Shown here: in pieces, positions 19,855-30,521 of the stretch | Layout of the letters: every line of letters starts with the position of its first letter | Numbering within the stretch: position 1 is the first letter of the stretch | NCBI GenBank assembly: GCA_002727315.1 | Contig: PBWR01000007.1 | Span: forward strand, 134,075 to 198,074 | Length of the DNA: 64,000 nucleotides | From: Alphaproteobacteria bacterium | GTDB lineage: Bacteria; Pseudomonadota; Alphaproteobacteria; UBA6615 | Reading direction: 5' to 3' | Position numbers and translations under genes: made by a program | The notes under the pieces: model-generated | Told to the model about the DNA's origin: nothing | Databases searched by the model: none | What the model saw: the letters and a program-made list of their open reading frames with translations, nothing else

Positions 19855-20726
19855 TGGGCCGCCTCGCCGATCGGTCCGGCGCCTTCGCGACGCAGCATTT
19901 CGGCCGCCAGGCGCGCATAGGCCTGGGCGCCGGCGCAGGCCAGGTCATAGACCAGGGCCGGCTTGCCGAAGGACGGGGCCTCGGAAAGGCGCACGTTTCG
20001 GGGGATCACGGTGCGGTATACCCGGTCGCCGAAATAGGCGCGCACATCGGCCTCGACCGAGCGGCACAGATTGTTGCGGCCGTCATGCATGGTCAGCACG
20101 ATCCCCTGGATATCTAGGGTTTCGTTGTAAGCCTTGCGGATGAGTTCGATTGACTTCATCAGCCGCGTCAGGCCCTCGAGCGCGAAATACTCGCATTGCA
20201 GCGGCACCAGCACCGAATCGGCGGCCACCAAGGAATTGATGGTCAGCAGGCCGAGCGCGGGCGGGCAATCGATCAGCACATAGTCGTATCGCCCCAGCAC
20301 CGGCGCCAGGGCATCCCGCAGGGCCGATTCTCGGTTTTCCACTTCGATCAGCTCAATCTCCGCGCCAGCCAGGTCGGCCGAGGCCGGCGCCACCTCGAGG
20401 CCAGGGATGTCGGTCTTGCAAACCATGGCGCCCAGTTCGGCGCCGCCGATCAGGACATCGTAGACGTCTGTCTCATATTTTGAGACACCGAGGCCCGTGG
20501 AAGCGTTGCCCTGGGGGTCGAGGTCGACGAGCAACACGCTCTGCTGACAAGCCGCCAGGCCCGTCGCCAGGTTGATCGCCGTCGTGGTCTTGCCCACCCC
20601 GCCCTTCTGGTTGGCGACCGCGATGGTCCGGGTGCCACGCCGCTGCGCCGCAGCCAAGGGCGTCAGGGGCTCAACGGCCGGCGGGGTTGGGTGATGCGGA
20701 TTCGGTGGATACGAGTGTTCAGACAC
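19851..20726 (-). CDS. parA: Chromosome partitioning ATPase ParA
   Basis: Deviant Walker A IAVANQKGGVGKTT, plus DLDPQGNAS and DCPPALG motifs. Confidence 0.95.
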   Translation of the reverse strand: MSEHSYPPNPHHPTPPAVEPLTPLAAAQRRGTRTIAVANQKGGVGKTTTAINLATGLAACQQSVLLVDLDPQGNASTGLGVSKYETDVYDVLIGGAELGAMVCKTDIPGLEVAPASADLAGAEIELIEVENRESALRDALAPVLGRYDYVLIDCPPALGLLTINSLVAADSVLVPLQCEYFALEGLTRLMKSIELIRKAYNETLDIQGIVLTMHDGRNNLCRSVEADVRAYFGDRVYRTVIPRNVRLSEAPSFGKPALVYDLACAGAQAYARLAAEMLRREGAGPIGEAAQ

Positions 20727-21333
20727 GATCGAGGTTCCTTATCCTGAGCACCGCGCCGCGCGGGTCGGACACGCTGGGGTGCTGTTCAACGTTCATATTC
20801 CAGATTGCCGCCGCGTCGGTCAATTCGTCGACCACCCGCCCGCCCTTGAGAAAAAGGCACGCCCCCTCCGGCGACAGGCGGGGTGCGGCGAGTTCGAGCA
20901 ACCGGTCCAGCGGCGCAAGCGCCCGCGCCATGGTCAGATCGAACCGTCCGTCGAGCCCCTCGACACGGCCCTCGGCGATGTCGGCGGCCGCATCGGTCAG
21001 CCGGCGCACCTCGCGCAGGAACGCGCATTTGCGGGCATCGGATTCCGCCAGCACGACCGGCAGACCGGTGGCGATCGACACCACCAGGCCCGGAAACCCG
21101 GCGCCGCTACCCATGTCGAGGATCCGCTGGCCCGGTGCGACCCATTTCGTCAGCTGCAGGGAATCCAGGAAATGCCGGCGCCAGACATCATCCAGGGTCT
21201 TGCGCGAGACCAGGTTTATGCGGTCCTGCCACTGGCGCAGCACCGCCGCATAAATCTCCAGGCGGGCGAATGTTTCACGTGAAACATCGCCGGCGCGCTG
21301 AAATTCTTCGGCGGTCATGGGGGCCTGGGACAT
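20719..21333 (-). CDS. rsmG: 16S rRNA (guanine527-N7)-methyltransferase RsmG (GidB)
   Basis: Start at MSQAPMTAEEF (ATG 21333). DVSRETFARLE, WRRHFLDS and SAM motif ILDMGSGAGFPG. Lies in the mnmG-rsmG-parA-parB operon order. Confidence 0.9.
   Translation of the reverse strand: MSQAPMTAEEFQRAGDVSRETFARLEIYAAVLRQWQDRINLVSRKTLDDVWRRHFLDSLQLTKWVAPGQRILDMGSGAGFPGLVVSIATGLPVVLAESDARKCAFLREVRRLTDAAADIAEGRVEGLDGRFDLTMARALAPLDRLLELAAPRLSPEGACLFLKGGRVVDELTDAAAIWNMNVEQHPSVSDPRGAVLRIRNLDRV
21271..21286. promoter_or_regulatory. parS: parS site (perfect 16-bp palindrome TGTTTCACGTGAAACA) inside rsmG
   Basis: Exact match to the canonical parS consensus TGTTNCACGTGAAACA. It overlaps the rsmG codons for D-V-S-R-E-T. 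Confidence 0.85.
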
Positions 21334-21388
21334 AGCCCCGATTCTATAACAAGGATGGACCAGGCAACCAACCACAATATGTTGTGGA

Positions 21389-23278
21389 TTAAGCGGCGCT
21401 CGCGGGGGCGGCCTTCGCCTTTTTGACATACCGCAGGAGGACGACCAGCGCCGCCGGCGTGACACCAGGTATGCGCCCCGCCTGCCCCAGGGTCTCGGGC
21501 TGAAGGCGATGGAGCTTCTCGCTGATCTCGTTCGACAGGCCCGGCACCCCGGCGTAGTCGAACCCATCGGGCAACCGGAGATCCTCATCGCGCCGGTAGG
21601 CCTCAATGTCGGCGGTCTGGCGCTCGAGATAGCGGGCGTACTTGGCCTCGACCTCGAGGGGCGGCCGAATCGCCGGATCAATCCGGTTTAGCTCTGGCCA
21701 GATTTGCGCCGCGGTTTCGAAATCGACGTCGGGAACCGACATCAGATCGAAGGCCGTGCGCCGCACCCCGTCGCGATTGATCTTCACATCGTGCTTCGCC
21801 AACGCGTCCGGGGTCGCGTTCAAGGACACCAGCAGGTCCCGGCCGGCCTCGAGCGCCTCGAGCTTGGCCGCGAACACCGCCTGCCGTTCTGCGCCGACAC
21901 AGCCGAGGCGCGCGCCCAGGGGCGTGAGGCGCTGGTCGGCATTGTCCGCCCGCAGCAGCAGGCGATACTCGGCGCGCGAGGTAAACATCCGGTAGGGCTC
22001 GTCGGCCCCGCGGGTCACCAGATCGTCGATCATCACGCCGATATAGGATTGCGCCCGGTCGGGCTCGAACGGGGCCGCGCCGCCCGCGGCCGTGTGCGCA
22101 GCGTTGATGCCGGCCACCAGGCCCTGCCCGCCGGCCTCCTCGTAGCCGGTCGTGCCGTTGATCTGACCGGCGAGGAAAAGCCCTGGAATCCGGCGTGTTT
22201 CGAGGGTCCGCCGCAGTTCGCGCGGGTCGACGAAATCATACTCGATGGCGTAGCCCGGACGCAGCACGGCGGCGTTCTCGAGCCCCGGAATGGCCTTCAG
22301 CATGGCCAGCTGCACGTCTTCGGGCAGCGAGGTCGAAATGCCGTTTGGATAGACCGTGTCGTCGTCCAGGCCTTCGGGCTCGAGGAAGATCTGATGGCGC
22401 TGCTTGTCGGCGAACCGCACCACCTTGTCCTCGATCGACGGGCAGTAGCGCGGCCCGCCGCTTTCTATCTGGCCGGTATAGACCGGCGCGCGATCCAGGT
22501 TGGCCCGGATGATCTCGTGCGCCTCCGGGCTCGTGTGGGTGATGTGGCAGTCGATCTGCGCGGTGGTGATCGCGTCCGTCAGATAGGAAAACGGCAGCGG
22601 CGGATCGTCGCCCGGCTGCCGGTCGAGGCCCTTCCAGTCGATGGTGCGGCCGTCGAGCCGCGGCGGCGTCCCGGTCTTCAGGCGCCCGAGCACAAACCCG
22701 GCCCGGTCCAAGGTGTCCGACAATCCCGTCGCCGGCGCCTCGCCGAACCGGCCCGCCGGCGTGCGGGTCTCGCCGATATGGATCTCGCCGCGCAGGAACG
22801 TGCCGGTCGTCAGCACCACGGCGCCGGCGGAAACCGCCCGGCCGTCGGCGAGGACGACACCGGCGACCCTGCCCCCATCATCAAGGACGAGATCGTCCAC
22901 TGAGGCTTCTAGGATCGTCAGGTTTTCCTGTTCGCCGAGCAATTCCTGGATGGCGGCCCGATAGAGCTTCCGGTCGGCTTGGGCGCGCGGTCCCCAGACG
23001 GCCGGCCCCTTGGTCTTGTTGAGCATGCGGAACTGGATTCCGCCGCAATCGATGGCGCGCGCCATGATTCCGTCCAGCGCATCGATCTCGCGCACCAGGT
23101 GGCCCTTGCCGAGGCCGCCGATCGCCGGATTGCAGGACATCTCGCCGATGGTCACGGCCTTGTGGGTAATCAGCACGGTGTTCGCGCCGACACGCGCCGA
23201 AGCCGCAGCGGCCTCGCTGCCGGCGTGGCCGCCGCCGATCACGATCACATCGTATCCGGGCTGTGTGTCTGGGCTCAT
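21389..23278 (-). CDS. mnmG: tRNA uridine-5-carboxymethylaminomethyl synthesis enzyme MnmG (GidA)
   Basis: [19 protein letters not shown] motif, 629 aa, highly conserved GidA sequence throughout. Confidence 0.97.
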   Translation of the reverse strand: MSPDTQPGYDVIVIGGGHAGSEAAAASARVGANTVLITHKAVTIGEMSCNPAIGGLGKGHLVREIDALDGIMARAIDCGGIQFRMLNKTKGPAVWGPRAQADRKLYRAAIQELLGEQENLTILEASVDDLVLDDGGRVAGVVLADGRAVSAGAVVLTTGTFLRGEIHIGETRTPAGRFGEAPATGLSDTLDRAGFVLGRLKTGTPPRLDGRTIDWKGLDRQPGDDPPLPFSYLTDAITTAQIDCHITHTSPEAHEIIRANLDRAPVYTGQIESGGPRYCPSIEDKVVRFADKQRHQIFLEPEGLDDDTVYPNGISTSLPEDVQLAMLKAIPGLENAAVLRPGYAIEYDFVDPRELRRTLETRRIPGLFLAGQINGTTGYEEAGGQGLVAGINAAHTAAGGAAPFEPDRAQSYIGVMIDDLVTRGADEPYRMFTSRAEYRLLLRADNADQRLTPLGARLGCVGAERQAVFAAKLEALEAGRDLLVSLNATPDALAKHDVKINRDGVRRTAFDLMSVPDVDFETAAQIWPELNRIDPAIRPPLEVEAKYARYLERQTADIEAYRRDEDLRLPDGFDYAGVPGLSNEISEKLHRLQPETLGQAGRIPGVTPAALVVLLRYVKKAKAAPASAA

Positions 23279-23356
23279 GGCGGGCGCTATGTAGGCCGTT
23301 CCGATGCGGCTGTCAAAACCGAACTCAGGCCGGGCTGCGATACCCCCAACATATGG

Positions 23357-23372
23357 TGTTTCACGTGAAACA
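23357..23372. promoter_or_regulatory. parS: parS site (perfect TGTTTCACGTGAAACA) in the mnmE-mnmG spacer
   Basis: Second exact copy of the 16-bp palindrome, in the 110-bp non-coding gap 23279-23388. Confidence 0.85.
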
Positions 23373-23388
23373 TCGGTGCCTGGCCGAC

Positions 23389-24726
23389 CTATTTTCCGAT
23401 GCAGAAGTCCTGGAACACGGTGTCCAGGACCTCGTCGATATCGACCCGGCCGGTGATCCGCCCGAGCGCCCCCAGGGCCATCCGTACGTCCTCCGCGGCG
23501 AGCTCGGGATAGGCTGCCGCCTCGACCCGGGCCAGCGCCTCTGCCGCGGTGTTGAGAGCGTCCTGGTGGCGCTGCCGGGTCGGCAGCGGCCCCTCGGCAC
23601 CGGAAAGACGTTCACGGACCATGTCCGCCAATCGGGCCATCAGACCCTCGAGCCCGTCCCCGTTCACCGCCGAGACGCCATGCACCTCGCCATCGCCCAG
23701 GACCGTCGGCGCCTCATAGGGCCCGGACAGCAAATCCGCCTTGTTGGCCACGATCAGGGTATCGTCGTCGATCAGGGCACGGACCGGCTCCGGCACCTCG
23801 GCCGCGCTCGCATCCAGGACGACCAGCTTCAGCGCGGCATCCCGCGCCCGCGCCTCCGCCCGGCGCACCCCTTCGGTCTCGACGGCGTCGGTGGCATCGC
23901 GAATACCGGCCGTATCCGTCAGGGTCACGGCGAAACCGCCCAGGTTCATCTGCCCCTCGATGACGTCGCGGGTAGTGCCCGCCGTTTCCGAGACGATGGC
24001 CGCGTCACGTTTGGCTAAGCAGTTCAAAAGTGTGGATTTTCCTACGTTCGGCGCGCCCAGGATCACGATCGGAAAGCCGGTCCGGATATGTTCGCCGCGT
24101 TCCGAACCTACTACATGTTGTATGATCTCTTTATATACCGCCGCGATATCCCGCCGCGTCCGATCGGACAGGCCGTCCGGCAGCTCCTCGTCCGAGAAGT
24201 CGATTTCGACCTCGGTATACCCCATCAGGCCGACCAGGCGCGCCCGCCAGCCCTCGTAGAGGTCGGACAGCGACCCATCGTACTGGCGCAACGCCAGGCG
24301 GCGTTGGGCGTCGGTCCGGGCCGCCACGAGGTCACCCAGGCCCTCTGCCGCGGTGAGGTCCAGTTTGCCGTTCTCGAAGGCGCGGCGGGTGAACTCCCCC
24401 GGCTCGGCCAAGCGCCCCAGGCCGGTATCGTAGATCGCGGCGAACAGGGCTTCCAGCACGGCCGCGCCGCCATGCACATGCAGCTCCGCGACGTCCTCGC
24501 CGGTGAAGCTCCCCGGCGCGGGAAACCGCAACACCAGCGCCTGGTCGATCGGCTCGCCATCGTCCCCCCGACCGATATGTTGCAGTGCAGCATTCCGCGG
24601 GTCGGGCAGCGGTGCGACGCCCAGCGCCGACAAAAGCGGGTCCGCGTTCGGCCCGGAGATGCGCACGACCGCGACGCCGGCCAGCCCGGCTCCGCTCGAC
24701 AGCGCGAATATCGTGTCGCGGGTCAT
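23389..24726 (-). CDS. mnmE: tRNA modification GTPase MnmE (TrmE)
   Basis: [14 protein letters not shown]..., G1 motif [18 protein letters not shown], and a C-terminal FCIGK. Start taken at ATG 24726. Confidence 0.95.
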   Translation of the reverse strand: MTRDTIFALSSGAGLAGVAVVRISGPNADPLLSALGVAPLPDPRNAALQHIGRGDDGEPIDQALVLRFPAPGSFTGEDVAELHVHGGAAVLEALFAAIYDTGLGRLAEPGEFTRRAFENGKLDLTAAEGLGDLVAARTDAQRRLALRQYDGSLSDLYEGWRARLVGLMGYTEVEIDFSDEELPDGLSDRTRRDIAAVYKEIIQHVVGSERGEHIRTGFPIVILGAPNVGKSTLLNCLAKRDAAIVSETAGTTRDVIEGQMNLGGFAVTLTDTAGIRDATDAVETEGVRRAEARARDAALKLVVLDASAAEVPEPVRALIDDDTLIVANKADLLSGPYEAPTVLGDGEVHGVSAVNGDGLEGLMARLADMVRERLSGAEGPLPTRQRHQDALNTAAEALARVEAAAYPELAAEDVRMALGALGRITGRVDIDEVLDTVFQDFCIGK

Positions 24727-24745
24727 CGTTTGGCCGCCGGGGCGC

Positions 24746-25000
24746 CTAGGATTTCGGTTTTTCGCCATCAGGGTTCATCGCCGGCCAGAAGCTGTTCTGG
24801 AACTGTTCCCAGGCATCTCCGCCCGCCCCCGCCGGCATCCAGGCCTTGAACAGGCTCTGCGGATCTATCGCCGACATCGCGCCCATCGCCTGACGCTGCC
24901 ATTCCTCGACCACGGCCTCCTGCGCCGCGGAAATATCCGGCAGGCCCATGAACGCCCGGGCCTCCTCCGGCGTGCAGTCAATGTTGATCGTCACCTTCAT
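24746..25000 (-). CDS. Small conserved protein (DUF6489-like)
   Basis: 84 aa, [23 protein letters not shown]... High GC3 coding signature. This small ORF is recurrently found upstream of mnmE in related alphaproteobacteria (recollection, not searched). Confidence 0.6.
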   Translation of the reverse strand: MKVTINIDCTPEEARAFMGLPDISAAQEAVVEEWQRQAMGAMSAIDPQSLFKAWMPAGAGGDAWEQFQNSFWPAMNPDGEKPKS

Positions 25001-25110
25001 CTCGCGTTCCCCCGCTGTCCCGTTGCCGGCTCTTGCCTATGCGCGTGGCGAGCCGACGTTGTAGGTTGCGCCAAGTTCCACCGTCACCCCGATCTCTCGA
25101 GGCCGTCCCG

Positions 25111-27123
25111 ATGCCACAGAACATGCTGGCGAACGAGACCAGTCCGTATCTTCTGCAACACGCAGACAATCCCGTCCACTGGTATCCCTGGGGCGACGAG
25201 GCGCTGGCACGGGCCGAAGCGGAGCAGAAACCGATCATGCTCTCGATCGGCTATGCCGCGTGCCACTGGTGCCATGTCATGGCGCATGAAAGTTTCGAGG
25301 ACGAGGAGACCGCGAAGGTGATGAACGACCTGTTCATCAACATCAAGGTCGACCGCGAGGAGCGTCCCGATCTCGACGCGATCTACCAGGGTGCGCTGGC
25401 GCTGATGGGGGAACAAGGCGGATGGCCCCTGACCATGTTCTGCACGCCCGACGGCAAGCCGTTCTGGGGCGGCACCTATTTTCCGCCGCGCGCGAGGTTC
25501 GGCCGGACGGGCTTCCCCGACCTCCTTGTCCATATCGACAAGATCTACCGCCAGGAACAGGAAAAGGTGCAGATGAACACCGCCGCCATCCTGCAGGCGC
25601 TCGATGACAGGGCCCGACCGCAGCCCGGCGAGCCACCCGCACCGGGCCAGATCACGGCGCTGGCCAACGACATGGCCGAACAGGTCGACCGCCAGCATGG
25701 TGGCTTCGGCTCCGCGCCGAAATTTCCCCAGTGCGGCGTGCTGAAACTGATGTGGGCCCAAGGCGGCACCGCGGCGCGCGAGGCCGTGACCTTCACCCTC
25801 GAACGCATGGCCCATGGCGGCATCTACGACCATCTCGGCGGCGGCTTCGCCCGCTACGCCACCGACGCGGCCTGGCTGGTGCCCCATTTCGAGAAGATGC
25901 TCTACGACAACGCCCAGCTGGTCGAGCTCTACACCTGGGCCTGGCGCGGCACGGAAAGCCCGCTCCACCGCCAGCGCGTCGAAGAGACGGTTGGCTGGCT
26001 GCTGCGCGAGATGACCCATCCCGATGGTGGGTTCTATTCGACACTGGATGCGGATTCCGAGGGCGTGGAAGGCAAGTTCTATGTCTGGAGCGCGGACGAA
26101 ATCGCCGAGGTGCTGGGCGAGGAGGCCGGATTCTTCGCCGACGCCTACGACGTGCGCACCAACGGCAACTGGGACGGCCACACGATCCTCAACCGGACCC
26201 GCGACCCCGAGCTCAAGGACGATGCCGGCGAAGCGCGCCTGGCCGCGGCCCGCGAGAAGCTTTTCGTGGCCCGCACACCGCGCATCCGGCCGGCGCTCGA
26301 CGACAAGATCCTGACCGACTGGAACGGATTGATGATCGCGGCGCTGGTCGAGGCGGCCATGACCTTCGAGCGCCCCGACTGGCTCGACGCGGCGCGCAAC
26401 GCCTACGGCTTCGTGCGCGCCAATCTGAGCGAGGCCCTGTCCGACGGGTCGATCGAGCTGCAGCACAGCTGGCGCAACGGGGATGCGCGCCACCGCGCCA
26501 CACTCGACGACTACGCCGCGCTCGCCGGAGCCGCCCTGGCACTCCACGAGGCCACCGGCGATGCGTCGGTGCTCGACGATGCGCGCGCGCTCTTCAACTA
26601 TGTCGAGGCCCATTTCGCCGAAGCCGGCGGGGCGTATTTCTTCACCTCCGACCTCGCCACCGACGTCATCTCCCGCACCCGCACCGGCTTCGACAACGCC
26701 ACCCCGGCCGGCAACGGCCTGCTCGCCGCCGCCCTCGTGCGGCTGTTCTACCTGACCGGTGATGCGGTCTACCGCGACCGGGCGCTGGGCATCCTCCGGG
26801 CGTTTTCCGGCGAGCTCGAAAAGAACGCCTTCGACTACGGCACCCTGATGATCGCCGCCGCCGCGCTGGCTGAGGCGACCCAGGTGGCCATCGTCGGGGC
26901 CCCGGGGCCGGAGACCGAGGCCCTGCGCGCCGCGGCCTATCGCGGCGCGGCGCCGGACCGGGTGATCTCGGTCGTCGGCCCCGACGCGGCGCTGCCCTAC
27001 GGCCACCCGGCAGCCGGTAAGACCATGGCCGACGGCGCGGCCACCGCCTATGTCTGCCGCGGGCCCGTCTGCTCCCTGCCGCTCACCGATCCCGACGCGT
27101 TGACCGCGGGGCTGTCGGGATGA
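25111..27123 (+). CDS. Thioredoxin-domain protein (DUF255/YyaL, N-acylglucosamine-2-epimerase-like fold)
   Basis: [27 protein letters not shown] and [16 protein letters not shown] motifs; about 670 aa. Start taken at MPQNML (ATG 25111). Confidence 0.9.
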   Translation: MPQNMLANETSPYLLQHADNPVHWYPWGDEALARAEAEQKPIMLSIGYAACHWCHVMAHESFEDEETAKVMNDLFINIKVDREERPDLDAIYQGALALMGEQGGWPLTMFCTPDGKPFWGGTYFPPRARFGRTGFPDLLVHIDKIYRQEQEKVQMNTAAILQALDDRARPQPGEPPAPGQITALANDMAEQVDRQHGGFGSAPKFPQCGVLKLMWAQGGTAAREAVTFTLERMAHGGIYDHLGGGFARYATDAAWLVPHFEKMLYDNAQLVELYTWAWRGTESPLHRQRVEETVGWLLREMTHPDGGFYSTLDADSEGVEGKFYVWSADEIAEVLGEEAGFFADAYDVRTNGNWDGHTILNRTRDPELKDDAGEARLAAAREKLFVARTPRIRPALDDKILTDWNGLMIAALVEAAMTFERPDWLDAARNAYGFVRANLSEALSDGSIELQHSWRNGDARHRATLDDYAALAGAALALHEATGDASVLDDARALFNYVEAHFAEAGGAYFFTSDLATDVISRTRTGFDNATPAGNGLLAAALVRLFYLTGDAVYRDRALGILRAFSGELEKNAFDYGTLMIAAAALAEATQVAIVGAPGPETEALRAAAYRGAAPDRVISVVGPDAALPYGHPAAGKTMADGAATAYVCRGPVCSLPLTDPDALTAGLSG

Positions 27124-27160
27124 GCGGTGCGGCGTCTTGCGTTCGGGAATCGCCCGTCGG

Positions 27161-27229
27161 CCCACGAGCTGCAGGATATCTGCCCCGTCCAGGGAAACCT
27201 GGACCCGGCCTACCTGCTGGCCGGCGGCC
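27161..27229 (+). repeat. Orphan 69-bp copy of an internal hemE segment (inverted relative to hemE)
   Basis: My manual alignment gives 67 of 69 nt identical between 27161-27229 and the reverse complement of 31732-31800. The segment encodes ELQDICPVQGNLDPAYLLAGG. It lies in the non-coding gap between the thioredoxin-domain gene and qor. Confidence 0.85.
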
Positions 27230-27378
27230 GGTGCCGGCATTGGCGGCTATTCCGGGCGCGGCGGCATCGACACCAAGCGCGTGCTGCTCGATCGCGAGGG
27301 CGCGCGCCTTGAAGCCGATTTGTTCAGCCGATAGGCTCGATCCAACACCGCAAAGCGTTTCTCCAGGGGGAAGACAAG

Positions 27379-28353
27379 ATGGTCCACGCAATCCGATTCC
27401 ACGAGCCCGGCGGGCCCGAGGTCATGAAGTGGGAAGAGGTCGAGGTCGGCGATCCCGGCCCCGGCGAGATCCGCGTCAAGCACACCGCCGCCGGCCTCAA
27501 CTTCATCGATATCTACCTGCGCTCCGGCGCGCGCCCGGTGCCGATGCCGAATGGTTTGGGGCTTGAAGGTGCGGGCGAGATCGTCGCGGTAGGCGACGGG
27601 GTAAGCGACCTCGCCGTCGGCGACCGGGTCGGCTATGCCGACATGCCGCTCGGCGCCTATTCCGAAGAGCGGGTGATGCCGGCCAAGATCGCGGTGAAGC
27701 TGCCCGACGGGATTTCCGACGAGCAGGCCGCGGCGATGATGCTAAAGGGCATGACCGTGCAGTTCCTGATCAAGTCCTGCTTCCCGGTGCAGAAGGGCCA
27801 TACCGTGCTGTGGCACGCGGCCGCCGGCGGCGTCGGCCTGATCGCGTGCCAGTGGCTCGACCATCTCGGCGTCACGGTGATCGGCACAGTCGGCAGCGAC
27901 GAGAAGGCCGAACTCGCAAAAGCCCATGGCTGCCGCCACACGATCAACTACCAGGACGAGGATTTCGTCGAGCGGGTGAAAGAGATCACCGACGGCAAGG
28001 GCGTCCCGGTCGTCTACGACGCGACGGGCAAGGACACGCTGCGCGGCTCCATGCAGTGCCTGCAACGGCGCGGCTATCTGGTCAGCTTCGGCAACGCGTC
28101 GGGCGCGCCCGACCCAATCGAGCTGACGGAGCTTTCGGCCCACGGCTCGATCTACGCCGCCCGGCCGATGCTGTTCGACTTCACGGCCGAGCGCGACGAA
28201 TTGCTGGCCTGCGCCGGCGACCTGTTCGACGTGGTCTCCTCGGGCGCGGTGAAGATCGAGATCAACCAGCGTTCCCCGCTGTCGGAGACGGTGCAGGCCC
28301 ATATCGACCTGGCCGGCCGCAAGACGACGGGCTCGACGATCCTGATGGCTTAA
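27379..28353 (+). CDS. qor: NADPH:quinone oxidoreductase (zeta-crystallin/MDR family)
   Basis: MVHAIRFHEPGGPEVMKWEEVEVGDPGPGEIRVKHTAAGLNFID and the nucleotide motif AAAGGVG. 324 aa. Confidence 0.9.
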   Translation: MVHAIRFHEPGGPEVMKWEEVEVGDPGPGEIRVKHTAAGLNFIDIYLRSGARPVPMPNGLGLEGAGEIVAVGDGVSDLAVGDRVGYADMPLGAYSEERVMPAKIAVKLPDGISDEQAAAMMLKGMTVQFLIKSCFPVQKGHTVLWHAAAGGVGLIACQWLDHLGVTVIGTVGSDEKAELAKAHGCRHTINYQDEDFVERVKEITDGKGVPVVYDATGKDTLRGSMQCLQRRGYLVSFGNASGAPDPIELTELSAHGSIYAARPMLFDFTAERDELLACAGDLFDVVSSGAVKIEINQRSPLSETVQAHIDLAGRKTTGSTILMA

Positions 28354-28363
28354 CAGTGAGCCG

Positions 28364-28547
28364 GAGATGCGCGGATCAAGTCCGCGCATGACGGCTTTAA
28401 TCACCCCACCGACGTCACACTACCCTCGTCTTGCCCGGGCTCGACCCGGGCATCCATAATCACAGGCGATTACCCGGCTAGCATCGATAATTATGGACTC
28501 CCGCCTTCGCGGAAGTGACGGGATGTAGGGGACGCGTTACCCCCTAC
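28364..28547. repeat. Cluster of three perfect palindromic hairpins (REP-like) in the convergent qor/rho gap
   Basis: ATGCGCGGA-tcaag-TCCGCGCAT (28367-28389); TGCCCGGG-ctcga-CCCGGGCA (28432-28452); GTAGGGG-acgcgttac-CCCCTAC (28525-28547, overlapping the rho stop). Confidence 0.8.
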
Positions 28548-29809
28548 TGGTTCATTGTGTCGTAGAAGTCGTCGTTGTTCTTGGTCGACTTCATCTTGCC
28601 GAGCAGGAACTCCATCCCGTCGACGACCCCCATGGGGTTGAGGATGCGGCGGAGCACCCACATCTTCGACAGGGCATCCTTGTCGACCAGCAGCTCTTCC
28701 TTGCGCGTGCCCGACTTGGTGATGTCGATAGATGGCCAGACGCGCTTGTCGGACAGCTTGCGGTCGAGGACGATTTCCGAGTTACCGGTGCCCTTGAACT
28801 CTTCGAAGATGACCTCGTCCATGCGCGAGCCGGTCTCGATCAGCGCGGTCGAGATGATGGTCAGCGAGCCACCCTCCTCGATGTTGCGGGCCGCGCCGAA
28901 GAACCGCTTCGGGCGCTGCAGGGCGTTGGCGTCGACGCCGCCGGTCAGCACCTTGCCCGAGGACGGCACCACGGTGTTGTAGGCGCGGGCCAGCCGCGTG
29001 ATCGAATCCAGCAGGATGACCACATCGCGCTTGTGCTCGACCAGGCGCTTGGCCTTGGCGATCACCATCTCGGCGACCTGCACGTGGCGGGTCGCCGGCT
29101 CATCGAAGGTCGAGGAGATGACCTCGCCGCGCACCGTGCGCTGCATGTCGGTCACCTCTTCCGGCCGCTCGTCGATGAGCAGCACGATCAGATAGATCTC
29201 CGGGTGGTTCGCCATGATCGCCTTGGCGACGTTCTGCATCATCACCGTCTTTCCGGTGCGCGGCGGCGCCACCAGCAGGGCGCGCTGGCCCATGCCGAGC
29301 GGCGCGACCATGTCGATGACGCGCAGCGTTGGGTCCTTGAACTCCGGGTCCTCGATCTCGAGCTTGATCTTCCGCTCCGGATACAGCGGCGTCAGATTGT
29401 CGAAGTTGATGCGGTGGCGGGTGTGATCGACATCGTCGAAGTTTACCTTCGCGACCTTCAGCAGGGCGAAGTATCGCTCGCCATCCTTCGGTGCGCGGAT
29501 CTCGCCATCCACCGTGTCGCCGGTGCGGAGCGCAAACCGGCGCACCTGGCTCGGCGAGACATAGATGTCGTCAGGGCCCGGCAGGTAGTTCGATTCCGGC
29601 GAGCGCAGGAAGCCGAAGCCGTCCTGCAGCACCTCGAGCACACCGCCGCCGGAGATGGGCACCTCATCCTCGGCCAGCGCCTTGAGGATCGCGAACATCA
29701 TGTCCTGGGTGCGCAGGTTCGACGCGCCCTCGATCTCGAGCTCTTCGGCAAAGGCGAGGAGTTCGGCCGGGGTTTTCTGTTTCAATTCCTGGAGATTCAT
29801 TGCTTCCAT
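28544..29809 (-). CDS. rho: Transcription termination factor Rho
   Basis: [15 protein letters not shown]-terminus, an RNA-binding domain, Walker A PPRTGKT, 421 aa. An alternative start at ATG 29800 is possible. Confidence 0.97.
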   Translation of the reverse strand: MEAMNLQELKQKTPAELLAFAEELEIEGASNLRTQDMMFAILKALAEDEVPISGGGVLEVLQDGFGFLRSPESNYLPGPDDIYVSPSQVRRFALRTGDTVDGEIRAPKDGERYFALLKVAKVNFDDVDHTRHRINFDNLTPLYPERKIKLEIEDPEFKDPTLRVIDMVAPLGMGQRALLVAPPRTGKTVMMQNVAKAIMANHPEIYLIVLLIDERPEEVTDMQRTVRGEVISSTFDEPATRHVQVAEMVIAKAKRLVEHKRDVVILLDSITRLARAYNTVVPSSGKVLTGGVDANALQRPKRFFGAARNIEEGGSLTIISTALIETGSRMDEVIFEEFKGTGNSEIVLDRKLSDKRVWPSIDITKSGTRKEELLVDKDALSKMWVLRRILNPMGVVDGMEFLLGKMKSTKNNDDFYDTMNQ

Positions 29810-30050
29810 CGGGGAAATCGTTCTTGTGTGGTGGACCTTCGAACCGAAGCGGGCACAAACGTTGAAAGTCTGGCGTCGGGAAAGGGTCTGCGGAAGTTCG
29901 TGAACGCCGACGTCGGGCGCCGGAAGAAAACGAAATTTGCGGAAGGACGTGCAGACGCGCGTACTCTATTGCGCGAGCCGTTATTACGCACTTAGTGGGC
30001 CCGATGCGTCAAGTCAATCCTTGTGGCCGTGTTGTTCGGGACAATCCTGT
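29810..30050 (-). promoter_or_regulatory. Long untranslated leader/promoter region of rho
   Basis: About 240 nt without a credible ORF between the hemJ stop and the rho start. Long rho leaders used for autoregulatory attenuation are known in other bacteria. No specific motif was identified here. Confidence 0.3.
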
Positions 30051-30500
30051 CTAGAACGGCCGCCCAATGACCATCAACACGATGATAATCAGCAGCAGGG
30101 TCGGGATCTCGTTGGCGATCCGGTAGGTTCGGGCGGTGCGGGTGTTGGCGTCGTCGCAGAAATCCTTGAACCACTTGGCGAAGACATGATGGATCACGGT
30201 CATGGCCCCCACCGCGGCCAGCTTGACCCAGATCCAGCCCGCGCCCCAGTCGACGACACCGGGCGTGGCCAGCAGCAAACCGCCGAAGATGAAGGCGGCG
30301 ATCATCGCCGGGTTCATGATCGCGCGTAGCAGGCGGCGCTCCATGACCTTGAAGGTCTCCGACCTGTCCGATCCCGGCTCCGCGTCCGCGTGATAGACGA
30401 ACAGGCGGGGCAGATAGAGCATGCCGGCCATCCACGCGATGATCGCGATGACATGGATCGACTTGATCCACGGATAGGCCACGCTCAGGAAATCACCCAT
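30051..30500 (-). CDS. hemJ: Protoporphyrinogen IX oxidase HemJ
   Basis: 149 aa membrane protein, YPWIKSIHVIAIIAWMAGMLYLPRLFVYH (HemJ/UPF0093 signature). Adjacent to hemH and hemE. Confidence 0.85.
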   Translation of the reverse strand: MGDFLSVAYPWIKSIHVIAIIAWMAGMLYLPRLFVYHADAEPGSDRSETFKVMERRLLRAIMNPAMIAAFIFGGLLLATPGVVDWGAGWIWVKLAAVGAMTVIHHVFAKWFKDFCDDANTRTARTYRIANEIPTLLLIIIVLMVIGRPF

Positions 30501-30521
30501 CGGATATTTTTCTCCGCTTCC

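Noticed and set aside
25084-27240. 718-aa minus-strand ORF
   Set aside because: Antisense shadow of the DUF255 thioredoxin-domain gene. It has no recognisable motifs and a low-complexity Arg/Gly-rich sequence.
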